Assembly: GCA_964019425.1 (NCBI GenBank)
Contig: OZ025790.1
Span: forward strand, 806,001-870,000
Direction: 5' to 3'
Length of the DNA: 64,000 nucleotides
Source of the DNA: Flectonema sp. DT1601
Taxonomy: Eukaryota
Below the pieces are notes generated by a model. It worked only from the letters and a program-made list of their open reading frames with translations. It was not told the origin of the DNA and did no database searches. Below, piece after piece: positions 16,165 through 25,583 of the stretch. Within the stretch, counting starts at the first letter, position 1. Each line of letters begins with the position of its first letter. Position numbers and translations under genes: made by a program.

Positions 16165-16445
16165 ATCTTCAGCATCCCATTCATCCCAACATCAGGTGAA
16201 GTATTTTCACTTCAACGGCAGCTAAATTTGTTGATCCGAAAGCAAGCCCGAAAAGCAACTTACCAGAAAAGAAGAATGAAATTGAGCCGTTGATCTTGTT
16301 CTGTAATTCCTATTGAGGAGATGAAGTACAATGGGTTCAAGAATCACCTACTCCTTCAGGATTAACACTGAAGAACTGTTGACGTAAAAAAAAAGATACA
16401 AAAGAAAAACGAACATCCGATGCTATTCTGAAAACCTCCACACAT
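16165..16445. repeat. Dispersed repeat shared with the upstream flank of the Ubl-LRR genes (37161-37428; start only at ~59364-59395)
   Basis: atcttcagcatcccattcatccc...attctgaaaacctccacac is present at both long sites. Confidence 0.85.
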
Positions 16446-17084
16446 GCGAGTATCATTTTCTCTATTATGGATCGCAACAGAATCACGACACAGAAAACAT
16501 AAGAGTTGTGAATAAACCTGATACAGAACAACTCTTAGAACAACTATGAATTACTATAAAACTATCACCGCAAAGGATACAAAAGAAAAGAAGAACGCCC
16601 GAAACTTTCCCAATCTCCCCCTCGGGCGGAATTGATTGTTTAAAAAAAAGAATTGGCAAACTTCACTTTTTACTTTTTTACTCACACTTTTGTTTTGTTT
16701 GTGTGCAACCGGTACAAAATCCTAATAAAGGAATAGGTTTGCTACGCTGCCACAATTCTCTTTCTACCGAATAATGGGTTTTGTAGGTACAAAAGAAAAA
16801 AAAAAAAAAAAAAAGAGAAAAAAAAAGAGAGAAAATTGAGCGAATAAACGCGGTCGGGTTCATATACCTCACCATTACATTAATGAGAGCTTGTATGATA
16901 TTGAGATAAACGTATATTGGAAGTTAACACATTGTCATAAGCGAAAAAAAAAAAAATGAAAAAAAGAAAAAGAGGAAGAATGTAACCTCGTGTGATTAAT
17001 ACCAATACGTGAAATATGTACTTTTAGTTACAAATAATACTTGCTAACAGTTCTGACGATCATAGATGTCAGTTACAATATGAA

Positions 17085-17232
17085 TAAAAATACAGTGCTC
17101 TGATGTTCCATAAAACACTACGGAATACTTATCCCTCTTAAGCCTTCATCAGTAAGTTCTAAGGGACTTCATTCCAGTTTATAATAAGAAATCGGATCCA
17201 ACAATTGTGGTCTATTTCAAAAGAACTGATTT
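17085..17232 (-). repeat. Diverged, internally deleted copy of the 3' UTR of the Josephin-carrying element
   Basis: Shares ccttcatcagtaagttct...tctatttcaaaagaactgattt with 17680-17766 but lacks the GAAAC half of the ribozyme-like motif. Confidence 0.8.
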
Positions 17233-17268
17233 TTCTATGTTCATAGTTTATATTAATCAGTATCAGAC

Positions 17269-17304
<36 letters not shown>

Positions 17305-17629
17305 ATCAATCAATCAATCAAATACAAAAATTTGCAGGACAATAAACAAACTAATGGTTGCTTTCGGGCTGTCCTACTCATCGCGTTTGCCCTTATCAGC
17401 CCTTCTCTGCTGTATTAGTAAGAATATGAGTTTATTATAAAAAAGTGCACTAAATTAAAACATAAAAAAAAAAAAGAAAAATTATAAAAAAACACATTGT
17501 TCTGCTGTTCCATAATACACTCTGCTGTATTAGTTAGAATATGAGTTTGTTATAAAAAAGTGCACTAAAATAAAATATAAAAAAGAAAAGTTATAAAAAC
17601 ACATTGTTCTGCTGTTCCATAATACACTG

Positions 17630-17713
17630 TGGAATACGTAGTTTCAGGCCTTAATCTTATACTACTTGTCCCTCTTAGGCCTTCATCAGTAAGTTCTGAG
17701 GGACTTCATTCCA
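17630..17713 (-). ncRNA. Hammerhead ribozyme-like motif (atypical stem I)
   Basis: Minus strand: CUGAUGA-aggccu...aggccu-GAAAC-uac-GUA-uucca. Core retained at 55262-55347 and mostly at 56164-56235. Stem I cannot be drawn canonically next to the core. Confidence 0.45.
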
Positions 17714-17817
17714 GTTAAATAATAAATCGGATCCATCAATTGGTCTATTTCAAAAGAACTGATTTCTTAATGTCCATCGGAGCTCGCCAGGACGGGCTAG
17801 CATATATTTGCTTTTGA

Positions 17818-18554
17818 TCAGCGTTCTATCTCTTCTACATCTGTTCGTTTTATTACGAGTGCGAGTTCTCCTTCATCGGAGCTGTAGTCGTCTTTCTTGC
17901 GCTTTTCCTTAGTGTTGGTGAGGAGTAGAATTCCTTCATTCGAGGGTGCCATGGTACAGTCGTTATCATTATTATTATCCTGCAGAGTTTTTCTTAAAAT
18001 CATGTGAAAACAATATTCTGGGCGTTTAAAATGTCTGTCAAAATGGTCGAATGATAATCGTCGGTCTGTCGCTCCTTTGAGAATGTCTCTAACAATAATG
18101 GAATCAAAGGAGACAAGGGCCACCATGTAGTGTGACATTCTAGCACCAGCTTTGTTTAAAATGAATGCGGCGGCTATTGTTGGGTAGTCCATAGAACTGG
18201 GATCTACATATTGGTGGATTTCCCTGTTGAGTTTATGTTTACTTGCTACCCCCAGAACGGTTAAAGAGAACCAGCCATCCGGGGATGGTTTTTGCTCGTT
18301 GCTGCCAGGTTCTACTTTTTGATGTTCTTCGTAGAATGTTTGTTGTAGTTCTTGCAAATAGCTGAAATTAATTCGGTCAAGATAAAGATGGTCTGCAACA
18401 AAATTCAGCGATGCCCATCCACACTCACCTCCGATTAGACCTTCCCCTGAAGATTGATGTGATTGTATTGGGAATCGTTTGTCTAAGGTGTGAAGTGTGG
18501 AACTTTTATGATTAATGGTGTCTTTTTCGTCGCTTACAGGGATACCATGATTAT
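17818..18554 (-). CDS. Josephin-like (Ataxin-3 family) cysteine protease domain, 5'-truncated reading frame
   Basis: Frame open from the element junction, with no ATG before the catalytic Cys. Motifs HQ...GECGWASLNF, DGWFSLTVLGVA, AFILN, SHYMVAL, IVRD parallel Josephin Q...C...LN, GxFSxxVL, AFICN, HW, NLD/N. Confidence 0.6.
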
Positions 18555-19593
18555 TGCTGTATTAGTTAGTTAGCTAACAAGTCCTTCAGACTACCGAGTA
18601 TCGGTTAGGTAGACCCTCAAAGAAAACCTGATAGCTTTTTGAGGGTCTCCAGTACTGCGGTGGGAGGATATTATTAGAACAGTTGTTAGACGTTGCAAGA
18701 AAAAAAGAAAAAAATCGAAGTTTGTTCAAAAAATAAAGAGAGACAAAAAAAAATAAGTGTCAACCGCCAAATCGAAAAATACAACACAAGGTCATTCATT
18801 TGTAGGTGTGGAAAAAGAATAAAAAAAAATACGAAGATGGGGATGAGCGGAAAAACGCAACACACAAAAAAAAAAAAAAAAAGAGAAAAGAGAGAAATTT
18901 GCTGCTATGTAATTGATCGAGGGGAAAAAAAAAAAAAAAAAAGAAACAAAATCGAAAAATAACAAACCGATCATCAACAGTTTCCTTTTAATGATTAATC
19001 ACTGGTGTGGAAAAGGAACGGGTGAAACATCGACAAGAAAGTCTCAACAGGAAATACCATTTGAAAGGAAACCTTGTGAACCATTTTACCTTATCTTTTT
19101 TTTTCTTTTCATCTCGAAGACACGTTTTACGAGCGAAAAGAAAATTGCGGCAACAAATTGCGGCAACTTAAACGGTAACATCCCTTGCTTTTTAGGCTTG
19201 TTTCCGGTTGCACAAACAAAATTCTTTTGTACCAATGTAGTCAGAGAAGAAACTGTTTAAGTTGACTTCCCCACCCCCCAGATTGTGTCTGCGTAACGAA
19301 ATATAAGTCAAGTACCGAATGATTTCTAACCCCCTTTAAGCTTGATAATACAGAAGCTACCCTCCCCCTCCACCTTTCCTTATCAAAAACGTATCTAATC
19401 AAAGCAGATAATATCCTTATACTTAGCTGATCACAGACAGTATCACCGGAGGCACAAGAAGGGAAAACAGATGACATTTCGACCATAATAAATTAAGAGA
19501 CTTTAATACCGACTTCATCGGTTTAAATAATAATAATAAATTATAATAATAAGGAACAATAACAACATTATAAAATATGAACAAGCCAACAAA

Positions 19594-21084
19594 TCACTCA
19601 TTAGGAGGAGGGGTCATAATTCCATCACGTGGCGTGACTGGTAAAGAGCCGATCACGGTGGTGGTTGCCTCTGATGGTGCGTCCCTCTCTTCACAACAAA
19701 GCCATTTGCCAAAGTCAGACCAGAATCCCTTGCTATGCTCATGAACATCTTTGAAATCAGTCACAGCGTGCTTAATATCTGATAATTTAACTTTTCCAGC
19801 ACGGAGACCTCCCTCATATAGATAAGGAATGTGACTGAAAGCCTTTCTCTGTAAGAACGATATTCCCATCATCTCAACACAAATCATGAAGTCTTGAATA
19901 CCAGTAGCTATTTGATCTTTCGACCAACCACCGTTTTCATGGTCGTGAATCCATCCTGTCTTTACACAAAACCCAATAAATATACCTTGCCAAAAGCATA
20001 AAAATACAACTAATTTTATTGCTATGAATTTTGATGTCGGATTCCTGTCTTTTAGAATTCCTTTTGTCGCTAAATAGAAATAAAACAAACAGGTAAAAGC
20101 GATTGTTACCGACAAATTCTCAACCAAAAGCAACCAAGGATAACTGTTCTCTCCGTAATTAAACATTTCGTCTTCGTCGTATTTATCAAGAGCTTTGCAC
20201 AAGATCGCAACTAACGTGCAGATTGGCTTCAGAAGGACGTATTGCATAATACAGCATCTCCAAGCGTTTATGATGTACCGATCAACGCTAACTGGTTTAA
20301 AAAAACACAATGGAAAAGGATGCTTCAATACTGCTGTACCAGAACGTTTAAGTTTCTTAGCTGCGGGTTTGTCTCCGCCGAGGTACTCAACAATCAAACA
20401 GAAGAATGTGTACAAAACAAAAGCTTCATAGCAATCTCTAACGAGGTTAATGTAAATAGCAGCACTGCTGTAAAATTTTAAAGCGAAACAAGAACATATT
20501 GAATAGACTGGGACGAGTATCAGAATTCGAATTATTTTCCGCTGCTCCGACGGATTAGTATAACACGTGAGGTGAAGATGAATTTGAAAAGCAGTGAAAG
20601 TGGTTGAGAAGAAAGTACACCAAACTGCACACCACAATGCTGGTTGCTGATTGTCCCAAATCCCTGCTGAAAACAACCATATCCCTACACCAGTTAATGC
20701 AAGGAGGTTGACTATGCTAAATATGACGAATATTTGAAAAAGTAATTTAGTTCTACCTTTACCAGTGTCCGATGCCCATCCGCTATACTGACTGTCACCT
20801 CTATTTCTCGTATCGATTTCTTCTTTTAATGATATCGCTACCGTCTGTGATCCGTATTCCATTGGCCTGTCTTTAGATAAAAGTTTTTCATTCGGTTTAT
20901 CCTCCTCTTGTGGTGGCATCACTTTAAAGTCGACATCTTTTGTTATATTTTCATCTTGCTGTTCTTGTAAATGCTCTGCATGCCCAATTGGTATAACTTT
21001 TTCTTCCTTTGATCCATATCCTACTTCCTTCTCTATTGGTACGAGTCGTGCTGTCGGTTTGGTATTCTCCGAGTCGGATCCCAT
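19594..21084 (-). CDS. TMEM184 / organic solute transporter alpha family protein
   Basis: QRKIIRILILVPVYS, RDCYEAFVLYTFF, KFIAIKLVVFLCFWQG, QDFMICVEM. ATG at 21084 (MGSDSEN) preferred over the TTG start. Confidence 0.93.
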   Translation of the reverse strand: MGSDSENTKPTARLVPIEKEVGYGSKEEKVIPIGHAEHLQEQQDENITKDVDFKVMPPQEEDKPNEKLLSKDRPMEYGSQTVAISLKEEIDTRNRGDSQYSGWASDTGKGRTKLLFQIFVIFSIVNLLALTGVGIWLFSAGIWDNQQPALWCAVWCTFFSTTFTAFQIHLHLTCYTNPSEQRKIIRILILVPVYSICSCFALKFYSSAAIYINLVRDCYEAFVLYTFFCLIVEYLGGDKPAAKKLKRSGTAVLKHPFPLCFFKPVSVDRYIINAWRCCIMQYVLLKPICTLVAILCKALDKYDEDEMFNYGENSYPWLLLVENLSVTIAFTCLFYFYLATKGILKDRNPTSKFIAIKLVVFLCFWQGIFIGFCVKTGWIHDHENGGWSKDQIATGIQDFMICVEMMGISFLQRKAFSHIPYLYEGGLRAGKVKLSDIKHAVTDFKDVHEHSKGFWSDFGKWLCCEERDAPSEATTTVIGSLPVTPRDGIMTPPPNE

Positions 21085-21273
21085 TGTTGTTGTTGTTGTC
21101 TGAGTAGGTTGATAAAACAAAGAAATAATTCAAAAAAAGAAAATAATAATCTCCTTTGCGATGAGTAAATTAGAAGAAAGTTTAACGTAAGTACTAAAAC
21201 GTTGTAAGGACCGCGACGAGTCTTGAGGGTTCTACATCGATAGATCTACGATTATAATAAGGAACAGGAACCT

Positions 21274-22743
21274 TTACAACCAACACCTTGGATACAGGAA
21301 ACCCTTATGCTCAGCAGTCACTGTTACCTGATCAGTACAGTTTTGTGTATAGTTAGCAGGCCAGCCAGTTTGAAAAACGGTTTTCGCGATTTCAGAAAGT
21401 CGAACTTTCATACTATTGAAAATATGAGGTTCCCGTTTAGAGAGATCGACTCTCTCTGAAGGATCATTTATAATATTAAATAAACATCCGTCAGGACAAC
21501 CCGAATCGTTAAATTTCCCACATTCAGTCGACTCATTTGGGTACGTACGGGAAGTCCAAATCCCGTCATTCAGATTACCGACAATATACTTCCATTGTCC
21601 TTTAATTAAACCTTGACCAGTTGGGAAGTTTAAAGAACCCTCGTAATCAACAGAGAGTGGGATTTCAACCCTTGGAGAAGTACTGTTCTTACCAGACAAT
21701 AGATCCCAAACATTAAGGCTATCTATATCAGGTAATCCTGGTTGATCGTCTTCTTCATTAACTCCAGCGAGGTGTGCAAAAGTTGAATACCAATCAGCTA
21801 CGTGTATGTATCCATCAAGCTTCATTCCTGACATGTTTTTTGGAATCAGACCCCCAGAAGCGAATGCTCCAACTCTAACACCCCCTTCATAATCAGTGTG
21901 CTTACCTCCTCTGAGAGGATAATTATTCGAAGCACACCCCTCAATGGCTGATGCTCCACCATTATCAGCACTGTAGATTACAAGAGTGTTATCCCACAGA
22001 TTATTATTTTTTAAAGCCGTCGTTAAGTTTCCAATAGAGTCATCCAACACTCTAACCATTGCCTGGTAGATCCTTCTTTGAGAATTAATTGAACTATTTA
22101 AATATATATCTGGTACTTCGTAGGGGAAATGAGTGTTTTGATAGGCAGCATATAGGAACAATGGTTTTGTCTTGTTGTGGTTGTTGATTATTTTTGTGAT
22201 CTCAGTCGTGTAAATGTAACTACCGTATGTTCCATTCCTTCCATAAGCTGGTGATAGATCCTGAAACAGATCGATACCGGCGGGTGTTTTTTGAGTGAAA
22301 TGATCTTCAGAACCCTGTAGGTATCCAATAGAAGTATCGAAACCTCTCATGGTCGGAACATTTTCTATAAATGTCGCGCCAAGGTGCCATTTTCCGACAT
22401 GATGCGTTGAGTATCCAGCTTGTTTTAATTTCAACGGAAGCATCGTAAATCGTAAATCAACACCACCTCCACTCTCAGCAGGATTTTGTTGATTTACGTG
22501 AATTGGAAGTCTACCAGTCATCAGGGAACTTCTAGTTGGGCTGCAATATTTATAAACATAATGTCTCTTCAGTTCGATACCGTCTCTGGCTAACTTGTCC
22601 ATGTTTGGGGAATACGCCTCTGGATTATCCTCAGTAAATCCCATGTTATAATAACCAACATCATCACCCAACAAGAAAATCAAATTTGGAAGCTGTGCTG
22701 CATGAGTCAGAGTACTGACAATCAGAAGCAATATAATCCTCAT
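21274..22743 (-). CDS. Secreted arylsulfatase B-like sulfatase
   Basis: PNLIFLLGDDVG, CSPTR (CxPxR), GKWHLG, SADNGG, NYPLRGGK; signal peptide from ATG 22743. Confidence 0.95.
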   Translation of the reverse strand: MRIILLLIVSTLTHAAQLPNLIFLLGDDVGYYNMGFTEDNPEAYSPNMDKLARDGIELKRHYVYKYCSPTRSSLMTGRLPIHVNQQNPAESGGGVDLRFTMLPLKLKQAGYSTHHVGKWHLGATFIENVPTMRGFDTSIGYLQGSEDHFTQKTPAGIDLFQDLSPAYGRNGTYGSYIYTTEITKIINNHNKTKPLFLYAAYQNTHFPYEVPDIYLNSSINSQRRIYQAMVRVLDDSIGNLTTALKNNNLWDNTLVIYSADNGGASAIEGCASNNYPLRGGKHTDYEGGVRVGAFASGGLIPKNMSGMKLDGYIHVADWYSTFAHLAGVNEEDDQPGLPDIDSLNVWDLLSGKNSTSPRVEIPLSVDYEGSLNFPTGQGLIKGQWKYIVGNLNDGIWTSRTYPNESTECGKFNDSGCPDGCLFNIINDPSERVDLSKREPHIFNSMKVRLSEIAKTVFQTGWPANYTQNCTDQVTVTAEHKGFLYPRCWL

Positions 22744-23152
22744 AAAGACCCTTGTGATCCCTGTTTTAAAATAAAAAAAAAGATGATACGTTTCTTTTTT
22801 TTTTTTTTTCCATTTCTTTTTTACGTTTCTACTCGTTAAAAATACATGGGAGGTACACAAAGGGAAATGGTATTACATTTTTTTTAATTTTTTTTTTTTG
22901 TATTTTTTTTTTCCTCCCCCGATCAGGTAATAACAGGGAGAAGAGTAATAGAGGGACAAGGATGTGGGGTAAAAAAGAGAGATGTGAAGCAATTCTTCTC
23001 ACGATAACAAATACTATGTTAGAAGTGGGGGGGATGAATTCTACAAGTGGGAGAAGAACAAACTGTCAGACAGTGTGACAGAAGACAAACTAAAATACAA
23101 ACAGTGGGGTCATAGAATATGAAAAGACACATTGAGAGTTCTCTCTTATAAC

Positions 23153-24883
23153 TTAATGAAGTTTGGTAGGAGTGTCAAAAGGAGAAGATGGTGACAGCGG
23201 TTGTGGAGAATGAGATAACGCGCGTGCAGGAGAAGCCGAAGGAACACCTGAACGGTTATGTCCAGAGTGAAATGTACGATGTGAGCTCCTCAGGTTAGCT
23301 TCTTCTTTTTCAAGTGTCTCACGTTGAAAACGAAGACGAACTTCCTCCCCAAGGAGCGGACGCTCTTCTTCTTCTGCACTGCGACGCTTCGCAATGTGCT
23401 CATCGCATTCTTGTCTCAAGTTAGCAGCAAACTCTTCACTGCTCATTACCTCTCGTTCAGTGTTTGATACGATTATCTTTTTAGCTGACTCGTTGTCCTT
23501 CGCAGCTAGCAGGTCGCGAACAGCTCCTTCTTTCTTTACGGCAGCACGTGCAACGGCGTCCTTAGACTGTAAGTGTGCTACACCCTTCTCTCTTTGAATG
23601 TCCTGCACTCTCGCTAATTCCCCCTCAGCTACGGTTAACTCATTTGCGATGAGTCGAGAGCGTTCATTGCAGGCATCGAGGTCAGCTTGTGAAATATGTT
23701 TCTTCTCTTCGGAGGTGGAAACGCCGTTTTCGCGGGTTGCGACTTCGAGCTCTTGTGAAGATAGTAAGTTTTGTAGTTCTTCAATTCTTTGAAGAGTTCG
23801 GTTTCGTTCATCCTGCTGCTGTTGAAGAGATTGAACAGCAGCATCGAGATCACGAGTAGCTAATGCGTGAGATACTTCAGCTTTTCGAATATCTTCTCTT
23901 CCGTGAGCAGCCTCCTGAACTTTTGAAGAAACTGATTGACGAACTTGAGAAGTCTCCTCCTGGGCCTGTTCAAGAACTGCTTTTGCTTCAGTCTCAGACG
24001 TTTGAGTTCCTTCTAATGTTCCGATTGCTGCTTCTAAGTTTGCTTCATTATTGATAACTTCATTACTGGCAGAGTTTAAGACGTCATTTGATGTTCTCAA
24101 CTTCTCATGTGATGCGTCAACTGCCTTCCCTGCGGCTACGATAGAAGCACTCAACTTATCCTCAGCAACTTGATCTTTCCATCTGTAGAATAAAGAGTCC
24201 AATATCGTCGGGTACAGTTCTGCAAATCTTTGAAATTCTCCGAAGTCGATCTTTTCATCGTTGTTGCTGTCGGCTTTGTGGAAGAGTTCTCCAGGAACAG
24301 AAACAGTATCGAACTCAACGCGATATTTTAGTAAGTTATCAACGAACACCTGCTCTACGAATGAACCAACACGATTCTCATCCATAATATTAAATACCTG
24401 TCTTACTTTATCTTGATGACTCTCTCCTCTAACAGCTGATGTAATTACTGGTGACAGAGATGATTGTACCTGTGGAGGTGGAATAGGATCAACAGGTGAA
24501 GGACTCATGTATGGAGGTGGTGGAGGTGGCATTGTTGGTGACATTGTCAAAGCTGGAATAGTCTTGCAAGGAGGTGGAATCTTGGATTGAATTTCTCTAT
24601 GAAATGCTGTCTCTCTCTGCAACACATAAACCTGACTGTAACCCTTCAACTGAATCTGGGAAGTAAGATCAACCCATTGCTCAACAACATCGTCAAATAT
24701 TTGCATCTTTTGAACTGAAAACGGCTCCATTGGAACATCAAGAGGTCTTCTAAGTGACGCCTCAGTAGCAAGCACAGCCTCTACCTTTGCTTGAAACTCA
24801 ATCATGGTGGGAGGTGATACGAATTGAAGTTCAAAATTTGTCTTCACAGAGAAGAGATCTGCAGCTACAAGTATAATAAACAT
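23153..24883 (-). CDS. BILBO1: BILBO1-family flagellar pocket collar protein (NTD, EF-hands, coiled coil)
   Basis: N-terminus VAADLFSVKTNFELQF...WVDL...QVYVLQ...HREIQSKIPP, EF-hand with EFQRFAELYP, long coiled coil ending EEVRLRFQR. May be a paralogue rather than the orthologue. Confidence 0.85.
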   Translation of the reverse strand: MFIILVAADLFSVKTNFELQFVSPPTMIEFQAKVEAVLATEASLRRPLDVPMEPFSVQKMQIFDDVVEQWVDLTSQIQLKGYSQVYVLQRETAFHREIQSKIPPPCKTIPALTMSPTMPPPPPPYMSPSPVDPIPPPQVQSSLSPVITSAVRGESHQDKVRQVFNIMDENRVGSFVEQVFVDNLLKYRVEFDTVSVPGELFHKADSNNDEKIDFGEFQRFAELYPTILDSLFYRWKDQVAEDKLSASIVAAGKAVDASHEKLRTSNDVLNSASNEVINNEANLEAAIGTLEGTQTSETEAKAVLEQAQEETSQVRQSVSSKVQEAAHGREDIRKAEVSHALATRDLDAAVQSLQQQQDERNRTLQRIEELQNLLSSQELEVATRENGVSTSEEKKHISQADLDACNERSRLIANELTVAEGELARVQDIQREKGVAHLQSKDAVARAAVKKEGAVRDLLAAKDNESAKKIIVSNTEREVMSSEEFAANLRQECDEHIAKRRSAEEEERPLLGEEVRLRFQRETLEKEEANLRSSHRTFHSGHNRSGVPSASPARALSHSPQPLSPSSPFDTPTKLH

Positions 24884-25583
24884 TTTGTATTAAAAAGAGA
24901 TTTACAGCTGAGAGGGGTACTTGGATAAATAAATCAAGAATTAACACTCAACTAATTAGACATGAAATCATTATTCCGTCCACACAAAATTCGCATGCAT
25001 CAAATAAACTACCAGAGAAAGAAATACTGTCAAGTCAAATTGACCCGATACAGCTTGAAAACATGAGAGCGGGGGGGTGAACAATATAAAAACGATGAAG
25101 ACAAACACACCGAGTCACGAATAGAATTCAAAATTAATCAAAAAAAAAAAAAAAAAGAAAAACGCGCAATCATGGAATGGTGGTACCCCCCCACTCGCTG
25201 TTTTATTCTCTCCTTACTTTTGTTGAGCGAAACAGTACTCTGTAGTATTGCTGGTGAAAGCAAATAAAAAATAAAATAAAAACAATCACTTCAAGATACT
25301 TTGTAATTTATTAATCGCAAGGTATCAGTTAGGCTAAAAATTGGAGAAGTCTCTTTTTTATTATTATTTAGTAATTTTACTATTGTTTTTTTTTTTTTTT
25401 TTTCTTTGTCAACCTTTTTTTTTTTTTTTTTTTTTGAATTTTAAGTAAGGTATATAACACTGAAGGACAAGAACGACGAATAAGGATCTCAAAGGGGAAT
25501 AGGGGAAGTTAGCAAGTTCCAAAACAGACAAAACATGATAAAGACTACTAAAGTTAGCCTCGCAACTGGTCATCCGATTCAAG

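Larger units (their letters stand above)
17538..18554 (-). mobile_element. Putative 5'-truncated retroelement carrying a Josephin-like ORF end and a hammerhead-like motif
   Basis: Flanked by the 15-bp direct repeat tgctgtattagttag (17523-17537, 18555-18569). Its 3' half recurs at 55173-55703, and a ~100-bp 3'-end copy sits at 17420-17519. Confidence 0.7.

Noticed and set aside
17361..17400. Second hammerhead-like pattern (minus CUGAUAA-gggc...gccc-GAAAG)
   Set aside because: Conserved G of CUGANGA is missing, stems I and III cannot be drawn, and a competing gggctg/cagccc hairpin exists.
18693..19260. Lys/Phe-rich ORFs here and at 30755, 31277, 38558, 49244
   Set aside because: Products of poly(A)/poly(T) intergenic tracts.
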